The notes beneath the pieces were generated by a model. The model saw nothing but the letters and a program-made list of their open reading frames with translations. It searched no databases and was not told where the DNA came from. Positions 1 through 9,538 of a DNA stretch of 64,000 nt are shown piece after piece; the first letter of the stretch is position 1, and every line of letters starts with the position of its first letter. The translations under genes were made by a program, and so were the position numbers. This DNA is from a virus: IMG/VR virus record IMGVR_UViG_3300021399_000145, positions 1 through 64,000 of that record; one strand, 5' to 3'.

Positions 1-11
1 GTGAAAATGCG

Positions 12-296
12 TTGTTTAAGAAGGAACTTCAAAAACAGAATGACGCTTTCAAGGCGGATATAGATAATATAACGAAAGCAACTTGCGAAGAACTTGGAGA
101 CAAAATAAATCTTAAATTTAAACAATACTTTGAATTAGGTTATATACCCGCTGATGAATTTGATGAATTTGTAAATCTTCATAACGCTTATAAATTGGTC
201 GGGGGAAATCATACAGGTGATGCAAAGTACAATAAATGTATTAGTTCTTTAAAGGTAAAAGATGATTCTACGCCAGAATCAAGGGTTATCTTATAA
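12..296 (+). CDS. Hypothetical protein, possibly 5'-partial at window edge
   Basis: ORF track ORF. The upstream sequence is in-frame, so the true start may lie outside the window. No recognisable motif. Confidence 0.3.
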   Translation: MFKKELQKQNDAFKADIDNITKATCEELGDKINLKFKQYFELGYIPADEFDEFVNLHNAYKLVGGNHTGDAKYNKCISSLKVKDDSTPESRVIL

Positions 297-321
297 TATA
301 TATTTTTGGAGGTATTTTTTT

Positions 322-585
322 ATGGAAACTTTTGGAATTGCAACGGTCGCTTCTATTTCTCTTATTTGTTACTGTATTGGTATGGTTATTAAGTCTGTTG
401 AAGTTATTGACAACAAATACATTCCCGCTATCGTGCTTATTATGGGTGCTGTTCTCGGCGGAGTTGGTATGTATGTCATTCCTGAATATCCCGCAAGCGA
501 TATTATTACAGCTATTGCTGTTGGATTTGCTTCTGGCGGAACGGCTACAGCGATTGACCAGACCATTAAACAACTTGGAGAATAA
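322..585 (+). CDS. Phage holin, two TM helices; start reassigned to the METFGIA methionine
   Basis: Small protein with two hydrophobic helices and a charged C-terminus. A GGAGG RBS sits 8 nt upstream of the internal ATG at 322. It lies immediately upstream of the lysins. Confidence 0.55.
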   Translation: METFGIATVASISLICYCIGMVIKSVEVIDNKYIPAIVLIMGAVLGGVGMYVIPEYPASDIITAIAVGFASGGTATAIDQTIKQLGE

Positions 586-597
586 TAACTTTCGTGT

Positions 598-630
598 CGG
601 GAGAGCTTAACTGCTCTCCCATTTTCTTTT
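598..630 (+). terminator. Rho-independent terminator (CGGGAGAGC-ttaact-GCTCTCCC followed by a T-run)
   Basis: Perfect 9-bp GC-rich hairpin followed by attttctttt, read directly from the sequence. Confidence 0.7.
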
Positions 631-647
631 GAGGGAGTTTTAAAAAA

Positions 648-1559
648 ATGAAAATAAGTGAATTTACAGAAATACTAAAGGCGGGTAAGGATTCAATTAT
701 CCCTATAGTAGTTGGCAAAATAAATCGGAAAATAACGGTTGATAATCTCAAAAAAAGTATGGAATTATCAGGCGATGATATATCTTACACAAGTCAAAAT
801 AATTTAGACGGTGGCAATAGTGTTCAAGATGCTATAGCTAGTATTGCAACGGCTGTTAATCAGCTTGCTAGGGACGGTATTGCGATTGCGGATATTAAGC
901 AAGCGGTCAAAGATTACTTCACTGAAAACCCAATAGCAACATATTCATATACACTCGACAAAGATGATTCTTCTGGCGTTTATACATTAAAAAATATTAC
1001 TGGTGATGATTGCGGAACTATTACACCCGCAACATCAATAAGTGCCAATTCTGTTGACGTTCCAACTTCGAAAGCTGTTAATACATTTGTTACAAGTAAA
1101 ACGAAAATGGCGAACGGCGGTAGAGTTGTTGTATCTAATTCTAGTGGAAATATTATATCTTCCAGTATAGAAACCGCGACATTAAATAGAGTTGTAACTG
1201 ACTCTGGTTGGAAAGATGCAAATAGCGTTGGTTATCGTTTCGACTTATTTAACAGTGAACTAAATGTTCAATACAGAAAAGTCGGACAAACTGTATATAT
1301 TCGTGGCGTTGTAACACCTAATAGAGTATTAAAATCGTCTGACATGACTGATACGATGATAATTTTTAATTTAACAAGTGGATATATGCCATCTAGGGCT
1401 TGTCAATTTGTATGCCAAGGAGCGGGAAGTAGACATTGGCTGTTGAGCGTACAGACAACAGGCGAAGTAACATTTAGTAGATATAGTAAAGGTGATGCGT
1501 TTGATGATTGCCCTGTTGGAGCATGGCTACCATTTAATGTTTCTTTTTTAATTAATTAA
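648..1559 (+). CDS. Hypothetical structural protein, possibly tail fiber or receptor-binding
   Basis: 303 aa, rich in S/T/N/G with beta-strand-like composition, in the lysis/late arm. No catalytic motif recognised. Confidence 0.3.
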   Translation: MKISEFTEILKAGKDSIIPIVVGKINRKITVDNLKKSMELSGDDISYTSQNNLDGGNSVQDAIASIATAVNQLARDGIAIADIKQAVKDYFTENPIATYSYTLDKDDSSGVYTLKNITGDDCGTITPATSISANSVDVPTSKAVNTFVTSKTKMANGGRVVVSNSSGNIISSSIETATLNRVVTDSGWKDANSVGYRFDLFNSELNVQYRKVGQTVYIRGVVTPNRVLKSSDMTDTMIIFNLTSGYMPSRACQFVCQGAGSRHWLLSVQTTGEVTFSRYSKGDAFDDCPVGAWLPFNVSFLIN

Positions 1560-1570
1560 GGGGGAAGTTT

Positions 1571-3346
1571 ATGAACGAGCATAATAAGTTAGTTATGGCT
1601 AACGTAATCTCTGGCGTAGAAACTGGTGGTCAGAGATACGGATACGGAAGATGGAATGACTACACAAGACCTTACAAAAACACAAGCGGCGAACATACTT
1701 GTACACTCGGTGCTTTTCAATTTTACGGCGGAGAAGCAAGAGAATTATGTAATTTAATTTTCAATACCGACAAAGCATTGTTTAGAAAAATTGATACATG
1801 TTCGCCAAGCATTGAATCCATGTTGGGTAAAGATTGGGTTGGTATGCGTTGGAATCCGTCTTCTTCTCAGGCGGCTACACTCTCCGCTTTGATTTCTACG
1901 GATGTGGGTATTAAATGTCAGAAAGAATTATTTGTAGAGAAACAATTGAACGCATATGTTAAGCGGGCTATTGAGTACGGCGTAAAAGACGTAAAGGCGC
2001 AGATGATGTGGGTCGAAATACAGCATTTAGGCGGCGGCAACGCCCCGAAGAGAATCTTTGCGCGTTGTAATGGAAACTACTCTGTAGACCATATACTTGA
2101 TTGTTTAAATCCGAGATATGCGGATTACAACAGATATAGTAATCCAGTTGAAGCAAGAATCTTCTGGACTCGACATGTATGTTGTGCAACGTGGATTAAG
2201 CAATATGCACAAAATGAGGATGGTAGCCAAACTGGAAGTGTTGAGTTAAAAGTTGGTTCGTCTGGAAACGATGTAAAGAAATTACAGGAAAATCTTATGC
2301 TTGTCGGTTTATGCGATTGCGAAGATTATAGTTATGTTAGCAGATTTGTTGATGGTCAATTTGGAAATAATACAAAGAAATCTGTTATTGCTTTACAGAA
2401 AATTAGCGGACTTGAGCAAGACGGTATTTATGGCGAGAAATCAGCAAAGGCACTCGATAAATTAGTAAAGGTAGCTAAAGAATCTAGTGTGAATTTCACG
2501 TCAGTAGAGTTCTTAGCTAATGCAAAAAAGATATCTGATTTTGTAAGGAAGAATGGATTTAAATATGGGAATGCCGCTTTCTTACCCTCTCTTTATTATC
2601 CAAATGAAAAATATGTATCTTGCGACAGATTTGTCGATATGGTTCTTTGGGAGTCTGGTTTAAAGAATGTCGGTAATAGAAATGTTGGTAATTTAGAATC
2701 TTATTTCAAAAGTATTAATTGTAAGAAAATAACGAAGAAATCTGATGTTGCCGCAGGAGATATCATATTCTTTGACGGGCATATTTTTATTCTTGGAAAT
2801 AAAAAGGGAAATCTATATGAAAGATATGATTGCGGAACTAATGCGAGAATACAGAGTAATCAGCCATTCGTAGAAGGTATTGATGGCTTTATTTTTGCGT
2901 ACAGACTTCCGTTTAAGACCAATAGCGGAACAAAAGATTCAACAGAAACAAGACTTGTTAAGAGCGGTCAGACTCACCTTAATAACTACATTGGGGCGAA
3001 ATTAGAGGTTGACGGTATCTATGGCAATAATACTAGGCGTGCATTTATAAAAGCTCTACAAACGGCGTTAAACAATGATTACAAGTGTAATTTAGAAGTT
3101 AACGGCGAGTGGAATAAGAATCTGGAAACCGCACTTAAAAAGTATTATGTATCCTTGAATCATAATAAATCTAATGTAACATTGGTTCTGGCGATTGGTC
3201 TTTATATTAACAAAATTGAACCTTATGGATTAACAATGAGCGATAAGCTTATTAATGCCGTTAAACAATATCAGAAGAAATATAATCTTGAAGTTGATGG
3301 TATTGCGGGAATCGGTACATTCAAATCTTTAGCAACTATTAAATAA
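1571..3346 (+). CDS. Multidomain cell-wall hydrolase (NlpC/P60-like Cys/His region) with three PG_binding_1 repeats
   Basis: Three repeats match the PG_binding_1 signature (DGqFG..T..av..fQ, EVDGIYG..T..A, LEVDGIAGigT). A Cys...His pair (VSCDRF ... DGHIFI) is typical of NlpC/P60/CHAP amidases. Confidence 0.6.
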   Translation: MNEHNKLVMANVISGVETGGQRYGYGRWNDYTRPYKNTSGEHTCTLGAFQFYGGEARELCNLIFNTDKALFRKIDTCSPSIESMLGKDWVGMRWNPSSSQAATLSALISTDVGIKCQKELFVEKQLNAYVKRAIEYGVKDVKAQMMWVEIQHLGGGNAPKRIFARCNGNYSVDHILDCLNPRYADYNRYSNPVEARIFWTRHVCCATWIKQYAQNEDGSQTGSVELKVGSSGNDVKKLQENLMLVGLCDCEDYSYVSRFVDGQFGNNTKKSVIALQKISGLEQDGIYGEKSAKALDKLVKVAKESSVNFTSVEFLANAKKISDFVRKNGFKYGNAAFLPSLYYPNEKYVSCDRFVDMVLWESGLKNVGNRNVGNLESYFKSINCKKITKKSDVAAGDIIFFDGHIFILGNKKGNLYERYDCGTNARIQSNQPFVEGIDGFIFAYRLPFKTNSGTKDSTETRLVKSGQTHLNNYIGAKLEVDGIYGNNTRRAFIKALQTALNNDYKCNLEVNGEWNKNLETALKKYYVSLNHNKSNVTLVLAIGLYINKIEPYGLTMSDKLINAVKQYQKKYNLEVDGIAGIGTFKSLATIK

Positions 3347-3350
3347 TTAC

Positions 3351-3378
3351 GGGGCGGAAACGCCCCTTTCTTTTTTTT
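3351..3378 (+). terminator. Rho-independent terminator (GGGGCG-gaaa-CGCCCC followed by a T-run)
   Basis: Hairpin and tttcttttttttt read directly from the sequence. A GGAGG RBS follows for the next gene. Confidence 0.7.
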
Positions 3379-3387
3379 GGAGGAAAT

Positions 3388-4590
3388 ATGGGAAGTATTT
3401 ATAATATTATCAAGAAAGAAAGAGAGTATGCTAGTATTCCGTATACAGAAGTTGGCAGTTCTAATAACCAGAAATTTAGTACGATTGTTGACAATGCGGG
3501 ACTTATGGGTTGTCAAAATCAGCCGTGGTGTGCAACGTATCAATTTGCGATGGAGCTTGAAGAGTTTGGGAAGGCACAGGCTTTAAGAAATTGGAATATG
3601 ACAGCAAGTAATTACTGCGGATATAGTGTATTTGAAACCCGTGATAAATTTAGGGCGGCGGGAAAAACTGGTAGTATACCTAAAATCGGTGCGCTTGTAA
3701 TCTTTAGCCAATCTCATATTGGAAGAGTTTTATCTATTAATGAAAGCAATAGAACATTTGAATGCGGAGAAGGTAATACGTCTAATATTCAGTATGACAG
3801 AAATGGAAATACCTGTGCGGTCAAGACGTATAGTTGGAGTAATTCAAGAATAGTATGCTTCTGTTATATCGACTATGACACAAATAAAGATTATCTTTCT
3901 ATTGGCGATACTGGAAGCAAGGTGAAAGACATGCAGACAAAACTTATTGCTTGTGGATTTTCTTGTGGCAGTTATGGCGCGGATGGCGATTTTGGAAGTT
4001 CTACGGAAAATGCTGTTAAAGAGTTTCAGAAGAAAGTCGGTATTGAGGTCGATGGTCAGTTTGGAAAACAGTCTAGCGCGAAACTCGAAGAGCTTTACAA
4101 GAAAGTCAGTAAGAAAGAAACTGGCGGAAAAACAGAAGATATAAAGAAGGTTGACGGAAGCGCAAATGTAAAGAAGGGTCAGCAATATCTCAATGATACA
4201 TATTCTACTACGATTATTGCGGCTAACAAACACAGAATTGCCGTTGATGGCGTTTATGGCGGAGAGTCTAGGAACGCTACTGTCGCAGTGTGGAAATTTA
4301 TTGCGAATAACAAGTTTGGCGCAAATCTCACTATATCGAACGTAAACTTCTTAGGTGCTTGCAAAGCTGTCGCAAGTAAAATGTTTATCCAGTCTGGCGA
4401 TATCAAAGATGAAGTATATCTTCTCAAATTTGTTCTTTCTGGCTTTGGGTATTATAACGGAACTATGAACCGCACATTTGATGATGGTTTAAAGAAAGCT
4501 GTTAAGGCTTGGCAGACTAAACATAATCTTGATGTTGACGGTATATGTGGAGCGGATACGTGGTATTCTCTCTTTAACGATTTAGATTAA
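3388..4590 (+). CDS. Endolysin: N-terminal CHAP amidase/peptidase plus three PG_binding_1 repeats
   Basis: CHAP-like Cys (GCQNQPWCATYQ) and His (FSQSHIGRV). The three C-terminal repeats each carry a DG.FG/DGVYG/DGICG motif typical of the peptidoglycan-binding domain. Confidence 0.7.
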   Translation: MGSIYNIIKKEREYASIPYTEVGSSNNQKFSTIVDNAGLMGCQNQPWCATYQFAMELEEFGKAQALRNWNMTASNYCGYSVFETRDKFRAAGKTGSIPKIGALVIFSQSHIGRVLSINESNRTFECGEGNTSNIQYDRNGNTCAVKTYSWSNSRIVCFCYIDYDTNKDYLSIGDTGSKVKDMQTKLIACGFSCGSYGADGDFGSSTENAVKEFQKKVGIEVDGQFGKQSSAKLEELYKKVSKKETGGKTEDIKKVDGSANVKKGQQYLNDTYSTTIIAANKHRIAVDGVYGGESRNATVAVWKFIANNKFGANLTISNVNFLGACKAVASKMFIQSGDIKDEVYLLKFVLSGFGYYNGTMNRTFDDGLKKAVKAWQTKHNLDVDGICGADTWYSLFNDLD

Positions 4591-4596
4591 TTAATA

Positions 4597-4630
4597 AGGC
4601 TATGATTAATTTCATAGCCTTTACTTTTTG
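4597..4630 (+). terminator. Hairpin terminator between the convergent lysin and integrase genes
   Basis: AGGCTATGA-ttaattt-TCATAGCCT followed by ttactttttg. Confidence 0.55.
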
Positions 4631-4633
4631 CGC

Positions 4634-5980
4634 TCAATTTTCGAATTTATCTTTAAGTTTTAAATATAATTCATATAATTCTTTACTTTTATCATCTAAA
4701 TTTGATTCTTTGTAGTCATCAAGAATAACTTGCGATGGTGTTGCAACGGAACTAATTCCATCTTTCGTTGCGTGTGTATATACGTTTTCTGTATTAATAG
4801 CTTTGTGTCCTACCTTTAGTGCCGTATTTACAATATTTGCATTCGCCTGACTATTAGCAATAGAGATGGCGGTATGTCTTAAAGAGTTGATTGATAAACC
4901 TTTCATTTGTCCTGTTTTTGTTAAATGCACATCTCTGTCTATACCCATCTTATCGCAAACCAAATTGAAGCCAACACGCATGGTTGCGTTACTTCTTCTC
5001 TTGCCATTTCGGAACGTGGGATATAGTAGGTCATCTTGATTGTTCAGACAGTGCAATCTAGTTTGTTCTTGCATATATTCTACACATTCTCGGCACAAAT
5101 CAGACATAACAATAAATCTACTTTCGCCATTCTTAGGTACTTTCACATACTCTTCAATACCGTTATTCTTGTCATTATTTATAAATCTTGTTGAACGTGT
5201 TTCAACAATGTTAATTATGTTCTGTTTAAGGTCAATATTACTATTTCGCAAAGATGCAAACTCGCTTTCTCGCATACCCGTTTCTAAAAGGAATAGTATT
5301 ACAACTGGATACTCGCTAATATTATGTTTGTAAGCGTAATAAAATTTTTGTATGTCCTCGGCGGTAAATACTTCTTTGCGATTTTTTAATTCTTGTTCGC
5401 GTTTGTAGTCGTACTCGTCTGCTACTTCTCGCGGTATTCTTGCAATTTTCGCGTAATTTTCATCTAACAAACTTATATTCGTAAGATATTCACAACACCT
5501 TCTGCATAGCTGAATAGGCAAAGAGCATGTCTTTCTTGATTTCTTTTCAAGAATTGTGTTGTAATAATTTTCAAATTCTACCGATGTAAGCATATGGAGC
5601 TGATAATTTGCAATCGGAAACTGATAGAAATTCACTTTCATGTTTGAACAATAAGTTAAATAGGCACTTTGAGTTATATTCGGCTTAATTTCGTTATCTA
5701 TAAACTCGCTCATATATTCGCCAAAGGTTTTTGTTTTCAAGAATTTTGAATCATTACCTTTTTCAAATTCTTTCTCCCATGCGCGTTTAGCCATCAGCGC
5801 ATTTTTTCTGGCTTCATCTTTTGTAGAACCAACTCTTTTTATTCTTTTTATTTTGCCAGTTTTGGGATTTAAATATTTAGCTGTCATAATACATTCATAT
5901 TTATTGTTATCAATTTTCCTTATACTACCCTCTCCGTTTTTAGCTTTATCTCTTGGCATTTCTTTTGTCTCCTTTATCAC
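4634..5980 (-). CDS. int: Tyrosine site-specific integrase with AP2-like N-terminal DNA-binding domain
   Basis: C-terminal catalytic signature LRHTAIS...HK...Y (R-HxxR-Y family). The N-terminal segment NGEGSIRK...KYE is typical of the integrase AP2/SAM-like arm-binding domain. Confidence 0.85.
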   Translation of the reverse strand: MIKETKEMPRDKAKNGEGSIRKIDNNKYECIMTAKYLNPKTGKIKRIKRVGSTKDEARKNALMAKRAWEKEFEKGNDSKFLKTKTFGEYMSEFIDNEIKPNITQSAYLTYCSNMKVNFYQFPIANYQLHMLTSVEFENYYNTILEKKSRKTCSLPIQLCRRCCEYLTNISLLDENYAKIARIPREVADEYDYKREQELKNRKEVFTAEDIQKFYYAYKHNISEYPVVILFLLETGMRESEFASLRNSNIDLKQNIINIVETRSTRFINNDKNNGIEEYVKVPKNGESRFIVMSDLCRECVEYMQEQTRLHCLNNQDDLLYPTFRNGKRRSNATMRVGFNLVCDKMGIDRDVHLTKTGQMKGLSINSLRHTAISIANSQANANIVNTALKVGHKAINTENVYTHATKDGISSVATPSQVILDDYKESNLDDKSKELYELYLKLKDKFEN

Positions 5981-5989
5981 TTTTTTTAC

Positions 5990-6262
5990 AACGGCAAAAT
6001 CAAACGTGATAAGTGTTAATTTTTAGTGATATTGGAAACATTATAAAACGCCCCGAAACACAATTCAATTGGAACTTTTTACCAATATAAATCGCGTTTT
6101 GAGGCGTTTCGTCATGTTTTATTTGGTTATATTGAACAAAAATTACTTATTTGGCATAGTGGATAACTTCAACAAATTCGGTTGATTTATCCTTTATTTA
6201 TGCGGTTTATTTTAGGTATGTTGCAAAACGTGATAATTAAATGTGATAATCAAAACGTTACG
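5990..6262. promoter_or_regulatory. Integrase-proximal regulatory region with AACGTGATAA / GTGATA repeats (candidate attP arm sites or operator)
   Basis: AACGTGATAA occurs at 6003-6012 and 6227-6236. GTGATAAT occurs at 6244-6251 and GTGATA at 6027-6032. The region is AT-rich and non-coding, lying between int and the next minus-strand gene. Confidence 0.35.
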
Positions 6263-6289
6263 AATCATTATTGTTCCTAGCACTTTTCG

Positions 6290-6484
6290 TTATATTAATA
6301 CTTTTTTACCTTTATATAATTCAAAAAATTTTCTATTGTATTCTTCTGTAGTGTAATATCTGTTACCTAATTTGAATGCGAATTGAATATTATACATACA
6401 TTTTAAAATTCGTAAAGCCTTATCACTTTCGCAACCATACATCTGCATAACATCTTCTTTGCCTATGTATTTTTGCTCAAACAT
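6290..6484 (-). CDS. Small protein, possible excisionase/HTH-like
   Basis: 64 aa, adjacent to int and in the same orientation. The assignment rests on position only. Confidence 0.2.
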   Translation of the reverse strand: MFEQKYIGKEDVMQMYGCESDKALRILKCMYNIQFAFKLGNRYYTTEEYNRKFFELYKGKKVLI

Positions 6485-6493
6485 TTTATGTAA

Positions 6494-7372
6494 TTAATCA
6501 CCCCCTTCTGTTTGCGTATCTGTTAATAATTTTTCTATATACCCTCGCCCTTCCTTTTTAAAGAGCGGAATATTTGAATCAATAAACCATTTGTTCCTAG
6601 TGAACGTATTACTGTCCGAATTGATTGGCGTACAAATTTGTAAAGATTTTATGCAACAACTACCGTAAATATTATATGGTTTATAATTTGATAAATCGTC
6701 ATTTTTTTCTTTAATCATTTTAATCATTTCTGATTTTGTTTTACCATATAATTCTTTATTGGAGTAGTATATTCTTGCAATCATATTTATTGAATTTCTG
6801 TATGCGTCCAATTGTCTCCAATAGAAATAATTTGTGACCTCTTCTTTTGGAATATTAAATACCCTACAATCAAATGTTGGATATCTTGAATCTATATAAC
6901 TCTCGTAGTTAAAATAATCTTTTGGAAGACTTGATAATAATTCTTTGTAACTTGAGCCAGACTGGAAAACTCTTTGTAGTTCATTTTCAATATGTTCTTC
7001 ATATTCATGAGCTACCTCTTCGAAATATTTATAAAATGAAATTGTTGCCATGCTCGAAATTACAGAACAAAGTTTTTGTATACGATAGCCAAAAAACGGG
7101 TCTGATTTTTCATTTAAATAATTTAAAAGTAGAAGTGATATCTCGTCTGATTGAGTGTAACCTAATACGCATTCTTGTATATTTTCGCAAAGATATTGCA
7201 TAGTTTTTCTCATTGTTTTAGATAACACTTCATCAAATGGTTTGTGGAATTTTTTTGCGAACGTATGAAAGCATCTACCGTCAACGCGTACAATAACTGG
7301 CTTGTCTGAATCCAGAGAAACATTAAATAGATGCTCATAAGCCTTCATTCTTTTATCAAATTCTGTATACAT
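6494..7372 (-). CDS. Thg1-like protein (tRNA-His guanylyltransferase family, 3'-5' nucleotidyltransferase)
   Basis: VIVRVDGRCFHTFAKKFHKPFDE and GYTQSDEISLL closely match the Thg1/TLP N-terminal catalytic motifs (VVRLDGRNFHRF...KPND and YGQSDEYSF). Confidence 0.75.
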   Translation of the reverse strand: MYTEFDKRMKAYEHLFNVSLDSDKPVIVRVDGRCFHTFAKKFHKPFDEVLSKTMRKTMQYLCENIQECVLGYTQSDEISLLLLNYLNEKSDPFFGYRIQKLCSVISSMATISFYKYFEEVAHEYEEHIENELQRVFQSGSSYKELLSSLPKDYFNYESYIDSRYPTFDCRVFNIPKEEVTNYFYWRQLDAYRNSINMIARIYYSNKELYGKTKSEMIKMIKEKNDDLSNYKPYNIYGSCCIKSLQICTPINSDSNTFTRNKWFIDSNIPLFKKEGRGYIEKLLTDTQTEGGD

Positions 7373-7605
7373 TAATTTTTCGCTTTCATTGAATTAAAAT
7401 ATTCTTCTATATATTCAGCCATCTTATCATCTTCTACATAAAACATATCTTCAATTCCCTTTTGAGAATATAGCCAACTAGAAAAATTAATTATAAGTTG
7501 ACCGAATCGCCAGTCTGGAATATAAAGTTTATGTAGCTCCGCAAGTCTTTCATAGAACGGTTGTAATCTGTTTGAATCTCTCAATCTTTCTAACCCCCTT
7601 TTCAT
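7372..7605 (-). CDS. Hypothetical protein
   Basis: ORF translationally coupled (ATGA overlap) to the Thg1-like gene, with a promoter-family motif upstream. Confidence 0.4.
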   Translation of the reverse strand: MKRGLERLRDSNRLQPFYERLAELHKLYIPDWRFGQLIINFSSWLYSQKGIEDMFYVEDDKMAEYIEEYFNSMKAKN

Positions 7606-7615
7606 TTTTATTGAG

Positions 7616-7644
7616 ATATTTTACTACTTATATGCTCCTTTGCC
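7616..7644 (-). promoter_or_regulatory. Promoter family copy (TTGGCA-N17-TAAAAT with conserved spacer GGAGCATATAAGTAG)
   Basis: Member of the conserved-spacer promoter family described in the findings. Confidence 0.45.
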
Positions 7645-7735
7645 AATAGTCAAATAAACGCATACATTATATGTAGATAATGGATTTTTCGCTAATTTTT
7701 CTTTTACATTTTTTTATTTTTTTAATATTTTTCCT

Positions 7736-8311
7736 TTAAAATTCACGTTTTATCGATTCTTTAAAATTTCGATATGTTTTATATTTTCTTTTCCATGATG
7801 ATTGAATGTCGCCCAAATTAAGTCCTAATTTATTTGTAACAAAATTTATGTATTCAAAATCATAAAGCTTTCTTCTACGTTTGTTTTTCTTTTTAATATC
7901 TTCAAATACTTCATCCTTTGAAATTTTGTATTTTGTTAATAAATAATTAGCCATATCTTTAGAAGAATACTCTTCGAATTGGCAAATAGGGCAGAATTCT
8001 TCTGGAACTTCACCGTAACACCATTCCGACAATATTTCATCAATCATGTCATCATTACTCATTTCAGAAAGTTCTTCTTCCGTTAATGGTTCAATAGATG
8101 AATAAGAGGACTCTATTTCTCGCATGAATTCTAACAATTTTTCTCGTGGTGGAGTTAACGCATGTTCATTACAAATAATATGACAATTTACACATTCAAA
8201 CATTTCTCCATCTTTTACTGAACAATCCCATCCAGAAATTTCATTACCACAAATATCACATACAAAACTTGATGAACTAGAATTGGTTACAAAATCTTTT
8301 CTGTATTTCAT
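7736..8311 (-). CDS. TNSSSSSF-motif family protein 1 with CxxC...CxxC zinc ribbon
   Basis: The N-terminus MKYRKDFVTNSSSSSFV is shared with two neighbouring paralogs. Four Cys lie in two CxxC pairs. Confidence 0.5.
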   Translation of the reverse strand: MKYRKDFVTNSSSSSFVCDICGNEISGWDCSVKDGEMFECVNCHIICNEHALTPPREKLLEFMREIESSYSSIEPLTEEELSEMSNDDMIDEILSEWCYGEVPEEFCPICQFEEYSSKDMANYLLTKYKISKDEVFEDIKKKNKRRRKLYDFEYINFVTNKLGLNLGDIQSSWKRKYKTYRNFKESIKREF

Positions 8312-8323
8312 AGCAATCTCCTT

Positions 8324-8806
8324 TTAGTGATGGCTAAATCGAATTAATGTGCAATCAAGATTCGGCATAATATCTTGTTCTAATGCGCTATTAACATGGT
8401 CGTCATATTCAACTTCCGCAAGAAACTCATAATCTGCTATAACAGATTCGAACGTTTTACACCTTTTTTCAACTTGTTTATTAACTTCATCTTCTATTTT
8501 ATTTTTATTATCATCTAGCCATTTTAAAAAATCTTTAAAATTTAAACCAAGTTTATACTCATATTTATTTTCTATTTTCCATCTTATAGGAAATTCTATT
8601 TCTTCACGGTATATGGCAACTGCTTTGTTTTTTGTTAAGTGGTTTTCTTTTTTCTTTATATCGCGTAAAACAATATCATAAGCATATCCACCGAAACGCG
8701 GGACAATAGAATCATATAGTTGCTTTTCGATATTATCTTTATTTTTAAATCCAACGATAAAACTACTTGAACTACTATTGGTTATATAATCAGTTCTTAT
8801 TTTCAT
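8324..8806 (-). CDS. TNSSSSSF-motif family protein 2
   Basis: The N-terminus MKIRTDYITNSSSSSFIV resembles those of the two paralogs. The C-terminus is unrelated. Confidence 0.5.
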   Translation of the reverse strand: MKIRTDYITNSSSSSFIVGFKNKDNIEKQLYDSIVPRFGGYAYDIVLRDIKKKENHLTKNKAVAIYREEIEFPIRWKIENKYEYKLGLNFKDFLKWLDDNKNKIEDEVNKQVEKRCKTFESVIADYEFLAEVEYDDHVNSALEQDIMPNLDCTLIRFSHH

Positions 8807-8898
8807 TTCATTTTATCCTTTTCGTATTATTATAAGTGTATAAATATATTGCATTATCTATTGTTGCGAATAACGCACCTAATAGCATTCCGTCAAGT

Positions 8899-9183
8899 TT
8901 AATCTTCTTCATTTGTCATGTGTTCACGTTCCATATCTTCACAACTGTCAGCCCTTTGTTTATCTCCATGCTTATAGTTGTGCTTACCGTTCCACTCGCT
9001 ATTGGTTTTACGATACTCTTCATGGTCGTGTATTTTCCCGTCAATATATTTACCTAGAATGCCATCATTATACTCTTTAGCGTCACCCCATATACTCTCA
9101 CAGAGTTTATATTTTCTTATAGCTTTGCGATAATTCTTTTTTCTTCTATCGCCCCTAGTTTTCTTTCTTCTGTCTTCACTCAT
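8899..9183 (-). CDS. Highly basic, His-rich small protein; start reassigned to MSEDRRKK
   Basis: A Lys/Arg/His-rich ORF. The upstream part of the ORF-track ORF overlaps the preceding gene, so an internal ATG was chosen. Confidence 0.3.
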   Translation of the reverse strand: MSEDRRKKTRGDRRKKNYRKAIRKYKLCESIWGDAKEYNDGILGKYIDGKIHDHEEYRKTNSEWNGKHNYKHGDKQRADSCEDMEREHMTNEED

Positions 9184-9538
9184 ATTGTGACACCTTCTTA
9201 AAATATTCACCATCATAATCTCGCGATGAGTATAAGAAATAGCTACCGTAATCACTTTGATTTTCTGCAACGCCACTAAAAATTTTCCAATCACCAAGCG
9301 TCAAATTAGGACTAATTAATTCATCTTCAAGATAATTTATTGCTATATCACGCAATTTTTCTGGCGTATAACCATTTTTAACGTAATATGAATATGAATA
9401 TTTAAATTCATTATCAATTATATGATAGTTTTTATTTACAAATTTTTTAATTTCATTAGTTAAATCAGCATCTTTATGAACCGCAATAATAAACGAACTT
9501 GACGAACTATTTGTTACAAAATCACATCTTACTTTCAT
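9176..9538 (-). CDS. TNSSSSSF-motif family protein 3
   Basis: N-terminus MKVRCDFVTNSSSSSFII. Confidence 0.5.
   Translation of the reverse strand: MKVRCDFVTNSSSSSFIIAVHKDADLTNEIKKFVNKNYHIIDNEFKYSYSYYVKNGYTPEKLRDIAINYLEDELISPNLTLGDWKIFSGVAENQSDYGSYFLYSSRDYDGEYFKKVSQYE

Noticed and set aside
4590-6300. Lysis module followed by an integrase looked like a prophage end (attL/attR) with host DNA beyond
   Set aside because: Phage-type genes, shared promoters and the replisome continue for 58 kb beyond int on the same strand. The window is therefore internal to one phage genome (circularly permuted or circular), not a prophage-host junction.
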